From: Octopus sinensis
Taxonomy: Eukaryota
Reading direction: 5' to 3'
Assembly: GCF_006345805.1 (NCBI RefSeq)
Contig: NC_043020.1
Span: 24,862,001 to 24,926,000, forward strand
Length of the DNA: 64,000 nt
Part shown: piece after piece, positions 42,055-54,017 of the stretch
How positions within the stretch are numbered: position 1 is the first letter of the stretch
How the letters are laid out: each line of letters opens with the position of its first letter
Translations under genes and position numbers: made by a program
The notes under the pieces: model-generated
What the model saw: only the letters and a program-made list of their open reading frames with translations
Databases searched by the model: none
What the model was told of the DNA's origin: nothing

Positions 42055-42565
42055 TTTGCTGCAGTCTTTTTGACCCAAGGGACGGGGACAATGGAGCGGA
42101 CTTATCTAACAATCATCAAAAGCATTCCAGTCGTGACCATCCTTTCTTATTTCTTTTTTTTTTTGTCTGGACCCTCCCCCCGAGACAGTCCTATCTAAAC
42201 GCTTTTGCTTTTCAATACCAACAGAATGGTATGTGAGGCAGATTTCTCTGCTAATTCTAGCAGGTCGAGCGATCGCATAAAGGTGTCTTCAGCAACAGCA
42301 ACAGCAGCAGCAGCAGTAGTAGTTGTTGTTGTTGTTGTAGTAATGTCTTCCTGTTGCAAGTGGTGGTGGTGGTGGTGGTTGTGATGATAATGATGATGGT
42401 GATGATGATGATGCTTGTGGTTGTGATGGTGCTTGTGCCAGTGGTGGTGGTGGATAGTAGCAGGGTGGTGATGGTGGTGGTAATGGTAGAAGTGCGGGTG
42501 GAGGTGATGGAGGTCGTGGTGGTGGTGGTGGTGGTGCGGGTGGTGGTAGTGGTGGTGGTGGTGGT
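41970..42565. repeat. (TAG)n and degenerate (GTG/GAT)n tracts
   Basis: Direct inspection. Confidence 0.85.
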
Positions 42566-42811
42566 AACAGCTACAATGTTCTTCTCATCGTGATGTCGTT
42601 GCTTAATCCCCACCCCGCCCAGATCGATCCTGATCGAACACACACACACACACATACGATCGAAGGCGTTCTAGCCATGACCACCACCTTATCGTAGCAG
42701 AATGGGGTTAACATATCGACCAATATACCCATCGGTATTTCTTCTGTAGCTTTAACTTGTTCCAGTCATTAGACAGCGGCCATGCTGGGGCACCGCCTGA
42801 ATGATTTAGTC

Positions 42812-43220
42812 CAGTCATTCTCAACGGGAGTCCATATGGCTCCTGAGGGTCCACATAGCAAAACAGTAAATTAAGGGTCCACAACAGTATTTGAAGAGCC
42901 CCTGAAGAAATTTTGCTTCAGACATTAATATTGATATGTTTTGCTAAATAACGATTTCTTTCTCTGACATTTTACATATTTCACCCTACACAAATTAATG
43001 TGGCGTAGTGGTTAAGAGCGCGGACTACTAACCCCAAGTCTCCGAGTTCGATTCCAGTCAGTGACCTAAATAATAATAATAACAATAATGATAATAATAA
43101 TTTATAAATTACATTCTATAAAACTAGTTTTTAAACATCGAATGGCTACGGGTGTACACCAGAATAAAAGGGCAATCAAAGTGGGACCATGGATAAAAAA
43201 AAAATGGTTGAGAACCCCTG
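42812..43220. mobile_element. hAT-type MITE with a nested SINE
   Basis: TIRs CAGTCATTCTCAAC / GTTGAGAACCCCTG; 8-bp TSD ATTTAGTC / ATTTACTC. Confidence 0.8.
43000..43100 (+). mobile_element. Short tRNA-derived SINE with (TAA)n tail
   Basis: A box GTGGCGTAGTGGTT, B box GAGTTCGATTCC, followed by (TAA)n. Confidence 0.7.
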
Positions 43221-43316
43221 ATTTACTCGAATGAATCGCCCCCACAACTTTACGTTTTTTAAGCCTGCTACTTATTCTATCGGTCACTTTTTGCCGAACC
43301 GCAAAGTTCCCGGGAC

Positions 43317-43351
<35 letters not shown>

Positions 43352-43553
43352 AACTCAAAATATAGGCGTAGGCGTCGCTGTGTGATAAGAAGCTTGCTTC
43401 CCAAACACGTGGTTCCAGGTTCAGCTCCACTTTATGGCTGCTATACATTCAGGCCGACCAAAGCTTTATGAGTGGATGAGTGGATTCGGTAGACAGAAAC
43501 TGAAAGAAGCAAATCATTTATACATACATACATACATATATATATGTGTGTGT

Positions 43554-43612
<59 letters not shown>

Positions 43613-45009
43613 AGGAGTACACCGTCGGTTACAACAACGCGGGTCCCAACTGATCCGATCAACGGAACAGCCTGTCCATGAAATTAACGTAGTTCTCAGG
43701 GAGATTCAGCGTGATACAGAGGGTAACAAGGTTGGCCCTTTGAAATACAGGTACCACTCATATATATATATATATATATGACGGGTTTCTTTCAGTTTCC
43801 GTCTACCAAATCCACTGACAAGGCTTAGAGAGGCCCAAGGCTATAGTAGAAAACACTTGCCCAAGGTGCCACACAGCGGGACTGAACCCGGAACAATGTG
43901 CTTGGTAAGCAAGCTACTTACCACACAGCCACTCTTGCGCCTATTTTCTGAGATCAAATCTTGCCGAGGTTAACTTAGTGCAAGCAATTAAGGTAGTGGT
44001 GGAGGTGGTGATGGTGGTGGTGGTGTTGGATGTAGTAATGCTAGTGGCGATTGCGGAGTTGTGTCGTAGCGTTGGTAGCTGTTGTAGTAATGTTGTTGCT
44101 TGTTTGCGGTGGTGGTGTTGGTGGTGGTGGTGGATTTGGTCACGGTGCTGATTGCGACATCGATATGGTTCACTGAATCTATTGAAGTGTAATCCGGAGG
44201 AATGTGGGAAGAGGAAATGGCTGTAATGTGAGTGTGTCTGTTGTGTGTGTGTGTACGTGTGAGTGTGAGTATGCGTTCGTTTATGTATGTGTGCGTGCGC
44301 ATATGTATGTAACTATTTTAGTATGTGTGTATGTGTGGTGTTTGTGTGAGTGACACTTGTGTGTGTGTGTGTGCGTGTTAGCATGTATGGTTATGTGTGT
44401 GTGTGTGTGTGTTGGGTGTGCGTGTGTGTTCAGGAGATTGGGCGAGTGTGTGGTTATATATGTGTATGTTTGTGTGCATTTGTGCGTGCGCGCGCATATA
44501 AATGCGCCTATTTCAGTATGCATATGTATGTGTAGGTGTTTGTGTGAGTGACACCTGCGTGTGTATCACTATGGATTTGTATGTCTGGTTTATGTGTGTG
44601 AACGTCAATGTGTGAGTGTGTGCGTGCGTGTTAGCGTGTATAGTTACGTATGTCACTGTATGTGTGTGTGCGTGAGTGAGAGTGTCTCAGCGTGTGGGCA
44701 AGTATATGATCGCGAGTGTATAGATTAAGTGTGTGTGTGTGTGTGTGTGTTTATGAGTGTCCATCTAGGGGAGCACTCGGACCTGGGCGTATGTCAATTT
44801 TATTTTATCACTGCTTTTCTTTTTTTTAGCTACGACGAAAAGATTTCTAGCCATGCCCATCCAGTTTTATAGAGATATATAAGATGGCAGTGGAAAGGTG
44901 ATGAGGGTGATTCAGCTGATATTTCTCTCAGGCCTGGAGACAGGGAAGACACCTGCCTCGTGTTTCAGTCTTATCTGACCTCTTCAGCAAAACATATTTA
45001 CTGAGTTGA

Positions 45010-45760
45010 GAAACACACGCACGCAAACACAAAAACGCGCACACATAGACACACACAAACACGCCCATACGCGAACACATACACACGTACACACGCGCGC
45101 AGACACACAAGCACACGCAAAACACACATATACACACGCACACACGCACAAACACACTGATACACACACATACACACGTAAACACGCGCACACACACATG
45201 CAGACACACACACAGGCACACACACACACACACGCACGCACCACAGCCTACACACACGCGCACGCAGCACAGTCGACACACACACACACACTCATATACA
45301 CACACGCACGCAGCACAGCACACACATTCACACACACAAACACACACGCACGCAGCACAGCACACACACAGGCACGCTCGCATGGCACACACGCACAGTA
45401 CGGAGCACGTACCCACAGGCTTATACACACCCGCACACACATACGCACACGCACACACATGCATACACACAGTGCACACCCGCGCACGAGCACATGCCAC
45501 ACACACACAATACACACATGCGCACGCACACATAGCACACACGTCATACACACATATATACGCTCACATTTACGCGCAACATTTGCACACACGCACAACA
45601 TACACACAGCACAAAAATACTGCATACACACACAACACATATATACATGCATATACACAGACATATGCACACACAGGACACACACACACACACATACACT
45701 TATGCACACACACGCTCACGCACACACAGACGCGCGCACACACAAACACATGCACCCACC
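45010..45760. repeat. Cryptic (CA)n/(CG)n low-complexity tract
   Basis: Direct inspection; source of the HT/CV ORFs. Confidence 0.9.
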
Positions 45761-46080
45761 TATATTTCTCTGTTCATTATGTAGAGATTTGTAATGGCCG
45801 ACAGATGTTCCGAACAACATTGTGCAGACCCTCTCCGGTAGATATGCTAAAAATAGCAGCTAAATATCCTTCTAATCCATCCATATTGGTCCCAGTTAAA
45901 TTATTGCTGACAAGCACATAAGATAATGTAGCCGTGCATACATACCTCTGGGTTAACTACAAGACGTGATGGTCATTTTGGGGAAGTCTTCTCTTGTTTA
46001 TGTTTTAATCAATCACTATATGTGTGAAACCTGAGCACCTGTATCTTAATGTATGTACATATATATATACATATATATAT

Positions 46081-46150
46081 ATACATAAATATTAGAGAGT
46101 GACCACTATGTATAAATTTGCATAGTGGTCACTCTCTAATATTTATGTAT
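46081..46150. repeat. Perfect 30-bp inverted repeat, 10-nt loop
   Basis: ATACATAAATATTAGAGAGTGACCACTATG / CATAGTGGTCACTCTCTAATATTTATGTAT. Confidence 0.95.
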
Positions 46151-46229
46151 AATTTGGATTTTCCCCTTGGTGTTAAATTGATGGTATTATTAAATTAATA
46201 TCAAATTTTTCACTCATTTATAAATGTTA

Positions 46230-46273
<44 letters not shown>

Positions 46274-46547
46274 ATTTCAACAATTGAGGGTAAAATTAAT
46301 TAATTAATTAATCAATTTCACCAAGTATTCAGTATGCAAAGGGACCATTTAGGCAAATTCAAATTATTACATTATATAAAAGGCTTAGTAAAATAAATTA
46401 CTTTGCCGCATACTGAACTCGTTAGAAATAGCAGCTAAAAAAACTATTTCTAACCTTAAAGAAAACCTCTCTCATATAGTGTTTGCTCAATTCAACTCAA
46501 GAAAGTATGAGGGTAGAGACATTAAAAAATCAAATGCAAAGGTTATT

Positions 46548-46600
46548 TGAGTACGTTACGTTTCAAGATTAGCCAAATCGACCCTTCTCTCATCAGCTCA
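46548..46600 (-). ncRNA. Minimal type-I hammerhead ribozyme motif (array unit 1)
   Basis: Minus strand reads TGAG-CTGATGA-GAGA...TCTT-GAAAC-GTAAC-GTA-CTCA: conserved core, stem I TGAG/CTCA, stem II GAGA/TCTT, stem III ACGT/ACGT, GUA cleavage triplet. Confidence 0.85.
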
Positions 46601-47093
46601 GAATGCCCTTTTTGTGAATTTGAAAACACTGAAAATGGGAGCATACCCTTTCGGCTTGTTATCGCTTCTGAAGATCTGTTCCAAACTAACAGTGCCAACA
46701 AACTCAAATATGCAAGAGAAAAATTTCTGCTCTCCCCTTTCCACCAGCGTGGGTAAAACAGCAAACACTATGCTTTTTTCGGTAAAATCCGAGACAATTA
46801 AGTAGGAGAGATGAATATAATTTCAACAATTGAGGGTAAAATTAATTAATTAATTAATCAATTTCACCAAGTATTCAGTATGCAAAGGGACCATTTAAGG
46901 CAAATTCAAATTATTACATTATATAAAAGGGCTTAGTAAAATAAATTACTTTGCCGCATACTGAACTCGTTAGAAATAGCAGCTAAAAAAACTATTTTAA
47001 CACTTAAAGAAAACCTCTCTCATATAGTGTTTGCTCAATTCAACTCAAGAAAGTATGAGGGTAGAGACATTAAAAAATCAATGCAAAGTTATT

Positions 47094-47143
47094 TGATACG
47101 TACGTTTCAAAGTAGCCAAATCGACCCTTCTCTCATCAGCTCA
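47094..47143 (-). ncRNA. Minimal type-I hammerhead ribozyme motif (array unit 2)
   Basis: Minus strand GAG-CTGATGA-GAGAAGGGTCGATTTGGCTACTTT-GAAAC-GTAC-GTA-TCA; the core is intact, with small indels in stems I and II relative to the other copies. Confidence 0.7.
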
Positions 47144-47809
47144 GAATGCCCTTGTTTGAATTTGAAAACACTGAAAATGGGAGCATACCCTTTCGGCTTG
47201 TTATCCGCTTCTGAAGATCTGTTCCAAACTAACGTTGCCAACAAACTCAAATATGCAGAGAAATTTCGCTCTCACTCCCCCCCTTTCCACCAGCGTGGGT
47301 TAAAATCAGCAAAACTATGCTTTTTTCGGTAAAATCCGAGACAATTAAACGTAGAGAGAGATAATTATAATTTCAACAATTGAGGGTAAAATTAATTAAT
47401 TAATTAATCAATTTCACCAAGTATTCAGTATGCAAAGGGACCGTTAAGGCCAAATTCAAATTATTACTTAATAAAAAGGGGCTTAGTAAAATAAATTACT
47501 TTGCCGCATACTGAATCTCGTTAGAAATGCAGCTAAAAAAAAAACTATTTCTAAACTTAAAGAAAACCTCTCTCATATAGTGTTTGCTCAATTCAACTCA
47601 AGAAGTATTGGTCTCGATTTTACCGAAAAAAAGCATTAGTGTTTGTGCTGATTTTAACCCACGCTGGTGGAAAGGGGAAGAGCAGAAATTTTTCTCTTGC
47701 ATATTTGAGTTTGTTGGCACTGTTAGTTTGGAACAGATCTTCAGAAGCGATAACAAGCCGAAAGGGTATGCTCCCATTTTCAGTGTTTTCAAATTCAACA
47801 AGGGCATTC

Positions 47810-47862
47810 TGAGCTGATGAGAGAAGGGTCGATTTTGGCTAATCTTGAAACGTACGTACTCA
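47810..47862 (+). ncRNA. Minimal type-I hammerhead ribozyme motif (inverted unit)
   Basis: TGAG CTGATGA(47814-47820) GAGAAGGGTCGATTTTGGCTAATCTT GAAA(47847-47850) CGTACGTA CTCA; stem III is the loopless palindrome ACGTACGT; predicted cleavage after A47858. Confidence 0.85.
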
Positions 47863-48392
47863 AATAACCTTTGCATTTGATTTTTTAATGTCTCTACCCT
47901 CATACTTTCTTGAGTTGAATTGAGCAAACACTATATGAGAGAGGTTTTCTTTAAGTGTTAGAAATGGTTTTTTTAGCTGCTATTTCTAACGAGTTCAGTA
48001 TGCGGCAAGTAATTTATTTTACTAAGCCCTTTTATATAATATATATATATATATATAATATATATGAATATATATGCATACACACTAATACACACACACA
48101 CATATATATGTGTATATATATATATATTATATATATATATATATATTATATATATATATATACATGCATATAATATATATGCTTGTGTATGTATTTGTAT
48201 GTGATATATCGATGTGTGTGTTTCTGTGAGTTTGTATAGATAGATAAATTGAGTGATTCGTTAAAAAATGTAAATATGTATCTATAAACACATGTATGTA
48301 TGTATGTATGTATGTATGTATGTATGTATGTATGTATGTATGTATGTGTGTGTATGTGTGTGTATGTATGTATGTATGTATGTATGTATGTA

Positions 48393-48429
<37 letters not shown>

Positions 48430-48843
48430 ATGTATACGTACGTACGTATACAAGTATGTATAATCAGTCATTTATCTTTCCTGTGAAATGATGATTTTTC
48501 AAAATCGAGTGTCATTCTCCTAGAGTGCCGTTCCCATATGTACGCAGCGGCACCTCTCTTTCGGGTGGACATGAGGTGCTTTTATTCCCTGATACAAGTC
48601 ATCCGCGTCCCCACGCAATGGCTACATATCCGACGTTGAACCTACGTTCTGTTCATCCGTTCTTTTGACAGGTTTTGATTTATTTTATCCTGCTGGGTTT
48701 CAAGTTGTCGTCCTCGTCAGGCTTTCTTGCCGAGGGGCGACCCAGTTTAGTAACCAATGAGCCGACCGTGCAACAGGTTATACTGGATTGCATGTTACCA
48801 CTAGCACGAGTGAGCGAGCTCTTGTAACACACATACACGCATA

Positions 48844-48890
<47 letters not shown>

Positions 48891-48894
48891 TTTG

Positions 48895-49236
48895 TCCTTT
48901 TAATTGCTTTAGTCATTTGACTGCAGCCATGCTGGAGCACCGCCTTTAGGCGAACAAATCGACTACAGGACTTACTGTTTGTAAGCTTGGTACTCATCCT
49001 ATCGGTCTCTCTCGCTGAACCGCAAAGTTACGAGAACGGAAACACTCCAACATCGGTTGCCAAGCGATGGTTGGGTGTACAGACACAGGCACACACACGA
49101 CGGGCTTCTTTCAGTTTCCGTCTACCAAATCCACTCACAAGGCTTTGGTCGGCAGGAGGCTATAGTAGAAGATACTGGCCCAAGGTGCTATGCAGTGGGA
49201 CTGAACCTTGAACCATGTGGTTGATAAGCAAGCTAC
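48895..49236 (-). mobile_element. SINE family B
   Basis: Colinear with 58621-59028. Confidence 0.85.
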
Positions 49237-49800
49237 ATACATATATATTTACTTATTTATTTATACACACACTTAAACACATATCTATATACATACATAT
49301 GCACAAACATATATGTATTTACGTATGCATGTATTTATATATATACCGGTGTGCGTGTGTGTATGACTATAGAGAGATTTAAGTATGTATGTAATTCCAG
49401 GTCGCCCACTCGTGTTATTGGTTCACGCGCGCTGGTTGCCGTGCGCTGAGATCGAAATCGAGGTCGCGAGATGAGGCAGTGAATTTCTGAGATATTCTAT
49501 CGATCTGTGCCAGTAAAGATTAGAAATACTCGCGAATATTCATACAATGAAAATGTGTATGTATATGTATGAACTTACGTGCTTGTGTTTATGAACGTAC
49601 AAGTAATGTATGTCCGCATGCATGCGTGTATGTAGGTATATATGTATGCATGTGCGTACGTATATATGTCGATATTTAAGTAAATAAATGAATGTGTTTG
49701 TCGGTTTATATGTACTTATGTACGTACACGTACACACACGCACATATATATGTATGAATATACACATATGAATATATATATATGTGTGTGTGTGTGTATG

Positions 49801-49853
<53 letters not shown>

Positions 49854-49854
49854 T

Positions 49855-50010
49855 ATACGTGCTTCTTTCAGTTTCCGTCTACCAAATCGCCTCACAAGGC
49901 TTTGGCCAGTCCGTGGCTATAGCAGAAGACAGTTTCCCAAGGTGCCACCACGCAGTGGGACTGATCCCGGAACCATGTTGTTGGGAGGCAAGCTTCTTAC
50001 CACACAGCCA
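49855..50010 (-). mobile_element. SINE family B 5' half
   Basis: TTTCAGTTTCCGTCTACCAAATC..GGGACTGATCCCGGAACCATG..CTTACCACACAGCC. Confidence 0.8.
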
Positions 50011-51022
50011 CCGCTATGCATATATAATGTACCCATCGGGCCTAGTATTTCAATGTCGAACACAGATTTGCATCCGTGTTATTTAAATTCATGAACACCC
50101 TGTACACACCCGGTTTTCAGTAATATCTTTTACCTTGTTTCAGCTTGTATATCGAATTCTTTCCTAATCCTTTACGCATAAAATATCTCGTTTGAGTCTG
50201 AACGCCTTAATTCTTGTATCAACATCATCACATTCACTGCTTTCGTTCTCCTTACACTGTTTTACTGCCGATATGTCTAAGCCGTATTCTGGCTCAAAAA
50301 GAATTTACGACTTTAATTACAAAGAAGATCTATTTTGCTCTTCATTTTGTTATATTCTACTTCTGTTCTGATATGTTTTTAGCTCCAGCGTTTTCTCTTT
50401 GCTTTGCTCTTGATGAAGAGGACAGCACACACCTTGCTTGAACGCCATATTACTGCCAGGGAAACAAGCGAATCTGGACCGGTGAATGAGTATCTGCCCT
50501 GTGGTCTTTCAGCGGGTAACCGAAGCTTTCGGTTAAGGAGGAGGATTTAGCTTAACATTGAGCTTTTAAAACGTCTGCGTATTTGTATGTGCGTGTATCG
50601 ACATTCTTATACATACATGTGTATATATATATGTGCGTGTGTATGTGTGTATAAATTTAGTACGTTAAGTATATAACATTCTTATACATATACATACATT
50701 CACACATAATACATACACATGTATATATACATCATTTATATATAAATCATATATACGCAATAGTATATATATATTGCATAAATATATGTATACATATTTA
50801 CATATATATATAAAATATATGTATATATATATATATATTATATTATATATATATATATATACATATATGTATGTATATATATATACATGTGTGTGTGTGT
50901 GTGTATATATATATGTATATATATATATATGTATATAGTTATCTATATATATGCTATTATATATATCTATAGATCTATATATATGCATATATATGCATGT
51001 ATATATATGCATTTATATATAT

Positions 51023-51141
51023 ATATTGTTTATTTCGGAATGGTCATATTGCCAGTTTAGCCAAAAAAACACACGCACTATATATTTGGGTTATTTTATT
51101 GGCTAAACTGGCAATATGACCATTCCGAAATATAACAATAT
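51023..51141. repeat. Inverted repeat, 34 bp perfect (about 42 bp with one bulge)
   Basis: 51031-51064 pairs with 51099-51132. Confidence 0.95.
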
Positions 51142-51197
51142 CTGTTTCAACACACGACTTCACATAAAAAATCTTGCACAAAAAATATTTAAACGTA

Positions 51198-51252
<55 letters not shown>

Positions 51253-51354
51253 ATATATATATGTAGATTCGATTCGATTCGTTCGTTTCGTTCCGTTCTT
51301 CTTCTCCAAGTACTGTTTTATATATAATATATATATATATACACACATATATAC

Positions 51355-51840
51355 GAAGGCAAGCTGGTAAAATCGTTATCCCGTTGGGCCAAGAGCATCA
51401 TGACATTTCGTGCGTCCTTACGTTCTGAGTTAAAATTCCGCCGAGGTCGACTTTACCTTTCGTCCTTTGGGGTTGATAAAATGAGTATCAGCTGTGCACT
51501 GGGGTTGGAAGTAATCGTCTTACCCCACACATCGAAATTTCTGCTTTTGTACCAAAATTTCAATGCAATATATAAGTATGTAATTTATATATAAATATAC
51601 TCACAAATATATTTATTTCTTTATTGCCCACATGGGGTTAAACATAGAGGGGACAAAGAAGGACAGACAAAGGGATTAAGTCGATTACATCTACCCTAGT
51701 GCGTAACTGGTACTTATTTAGTCGACCCCCAACGAATGAAAGGTAAAGTGGACCTCGGAGGAAATTGAACTCAGAACGTAACGCCAGACGAATATCGCTA
51801 TGTATTTCGCGTGCTATCGATTCTGCCAGCTCGTCGCCCT
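51355..51840. mobile_element. Tail-to-tail pair of SINE family A copies (+ 51355-51560; - 51612-51840)
   Basis: Both carry the B box and GTCGAC/GTGGAC body, in opposite orientation. Confidence 0.8.
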
Positions 51841-51859
51841 ACAGATACACACACACACA

Positions 51860-51955
51860 TATATTGCATATATACATATTTAGATACATATTTATTATAG
51901 TTATATAATATATATATGGTATATGTAACATATATTATGTTAATATTATATATAT

Positions 51956-51987
<32 letters not shown>

Positions 51988-52016
51988 ATAATATGTATAT
52001 GTACATATATTAAATG

Positions 52017-52053
<37 letters not shown>

Positions 52054-52145
52054 ATGTGTGTATATATATATATGTATATATATCTGTATGTATATATATA
52101 TGTATATATATATATGCATATTATATATGTATATAATAAATGCAT

Positions 52146-52176
<31 letters not shown>

Positions 52177-52217
52177 ACATACACACACACACACACCACA
52201 CAACAACATATATATAT

Positions 52218-52285
<68 letters not shown>

Positions 52286-53282
52286 TATGTATATATATAT
52301 ATATATATATATAGAATAACCCTTTACATAAATAAATAACGTGAAATACACGAAGGGACGAACATAAGTGACAGACGGGTCATTCAAAGCCTTCGTTCTT
52401 CAGTCAGAAACCCGATTCATCATCGCAGATTTCGGCTGTTTAATTCTGAGATCCGCTCTGAATCGGCCAGCCCAGAAGGAAAGAATGCAACACAACGGAG
52501 ACGAACAGAAACGAAAAAAACTTTTTGAAGACAGTAACGGTTTTTTAAAAACAAGGATGACACAGGCGCCTACGGCTTTGAGACGATTATCATATATAAT
52601 ATATATATACTAATTATATATATAGATATATATATATATATTATAGATAATATATATAGATATATATATATATAATATATGATGTATATTAGTATTAATA
52701 TATCTATGTATATATATACTATATATATTTTATATATATATGGTATATATATATAATATATCGTATATATTATATATGTATATATATATGATATATATTT
52801 AGATAGAGTATATATATGTATATATATATAATAATATATATATATGTATATATGTATATATATACTTATATATATTTATATATATATATAGTATTAGATA
52901 TATATTTACTTATATATATATAGTTAATTGTATATATACTTATATATATTTATATATATATATGTATATATATACATATATATAATATATAAGTGATATA
53001 TATATATACATATAGATTATATCATATATATATATATATACTATACTAGATAATGTAATATATATATATATATGGATATATGATATATATGTATATATAT
53101 TATATATATGTTACTAATATGATATATATATATATACTATATCTATAGTATATGTATATTATAATATATATATATATTATAATAATATATAATATAATAT
53201 ATCCTTATATATATTGTATATGTATACATATATGTATGTATATATATAATGTATAATATGTATATATATATATATATATAGT
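51860..53282. repeat. Long degenerate (TA)n tracts flanking a ~280-bp island (52315-52590)
   Basis: Direct inspection. Confidence 0.9.
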
Positions 53283-53966
53283 GTCATCTTCCCATCTTCA
53301 ACGTGCGTCCAGTAAGGAATGAAGGCCAAGGCGTTGTCAGAGTCCTGTCCCTCTAAAATTTACCCCATCAAAATCACTAACGAACGAGCTACCTCCCTCC
53401 CTTCGGCCCTTTGACCACTGCCACCGTCACCGACAGCCACCATTTCCCCGAATGCCAGACAGAGTATCATTGGACTGCACCATCCAAGGGTCGTATCAAT
53501 TCTCACCACAATACTTCCTTCCAACTTTCATTCTATATTCCTGTTGACAGAACAGTCATCGTATATTTCCCAATCCTCGGACTCTCGTTACATCAACGAG
53601 TTTCATACCGACTTCTCAAGCACGAACTTCACATTCACACACACGCATACACGCACACTCTCACACTCCCTTTCTTTCTTTCTCTTTCAAACATGAGTAT
53701 TACATTCTAACTCACTCTCGCTCAATCTCTCTTACTATATATCCCCTTCTCTCTCCCTCTCTCTGCATATATACATATATTTATGCATACATACTGCTAG
53801 AGAGAAAGATAGACAGACAGATAGAGAGAGAGGAGTGAGAGATAGAGATAGGCAGAGAACGAGTGCTAGATAGATTGATATACAGATATATATGTATGCA
53901 TGTGTAGATATACACATGTATATATCAGTGAACATGTATATGTGTATGTGTGTAAATATATATATA

Positions 53967-54017
<51 letters not shown>

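Larger units (their letters stand above)
42760..43945. mobile_element. SINE family B fragments (- 42760-43320 split by the hAT MITE; + 43365-43512; - 43781-43945) and another recurring repeat at 43610-43770
   Basis: Family B diagnostic segments. 43610-43770 (GATCCGATCAACGGAACAGCCTG..GGCCCTTTGAAATACAGGTAC) resembles a common octopus repeat recalled from memory. Confidence 0.65.
46268..48040. mobile_element. Tandem array of a ~546-bp non-coding unit with terminal inverted unit and hammerhead ribozymes (retrozyme-like / non-autonomous Penelope-derived element)
   Basis: Direct repeats start at 46268, 46814 and ~47363 (AATATAATTTCAACAATTGAGGGTAAAATT). The third unit is cut at ~47608 and followed by an inverted copy of most of the unit (47607-48040). 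Both ends abut (TA)n. The repeat structure is seen directly; the classification is inferred from the HHR motifs and the inversion. Confidence 0.75.

Noticed and set aside
46268-48040. CRISPR-like or satellite-only reading of the array
   Set aside because: There are no variable spacers, and conserved HHR cores plus the terminal inversion fit a retroposed element better than a plain satellite.
48500-48830. Possible RTE-type LINE 5' UTR (similar impressions at 33690-33830 and 50420-50560)
   Set aside because: No adjoining coding motifs; the similarity is impressionistic.
52390-52430. CTGAAGA...GAAT...GTC hammerhead-like string on the minus strand
   Set aside because: GAAA is broken and stem I does not pair; possibly a PLE relic, but unsupported.
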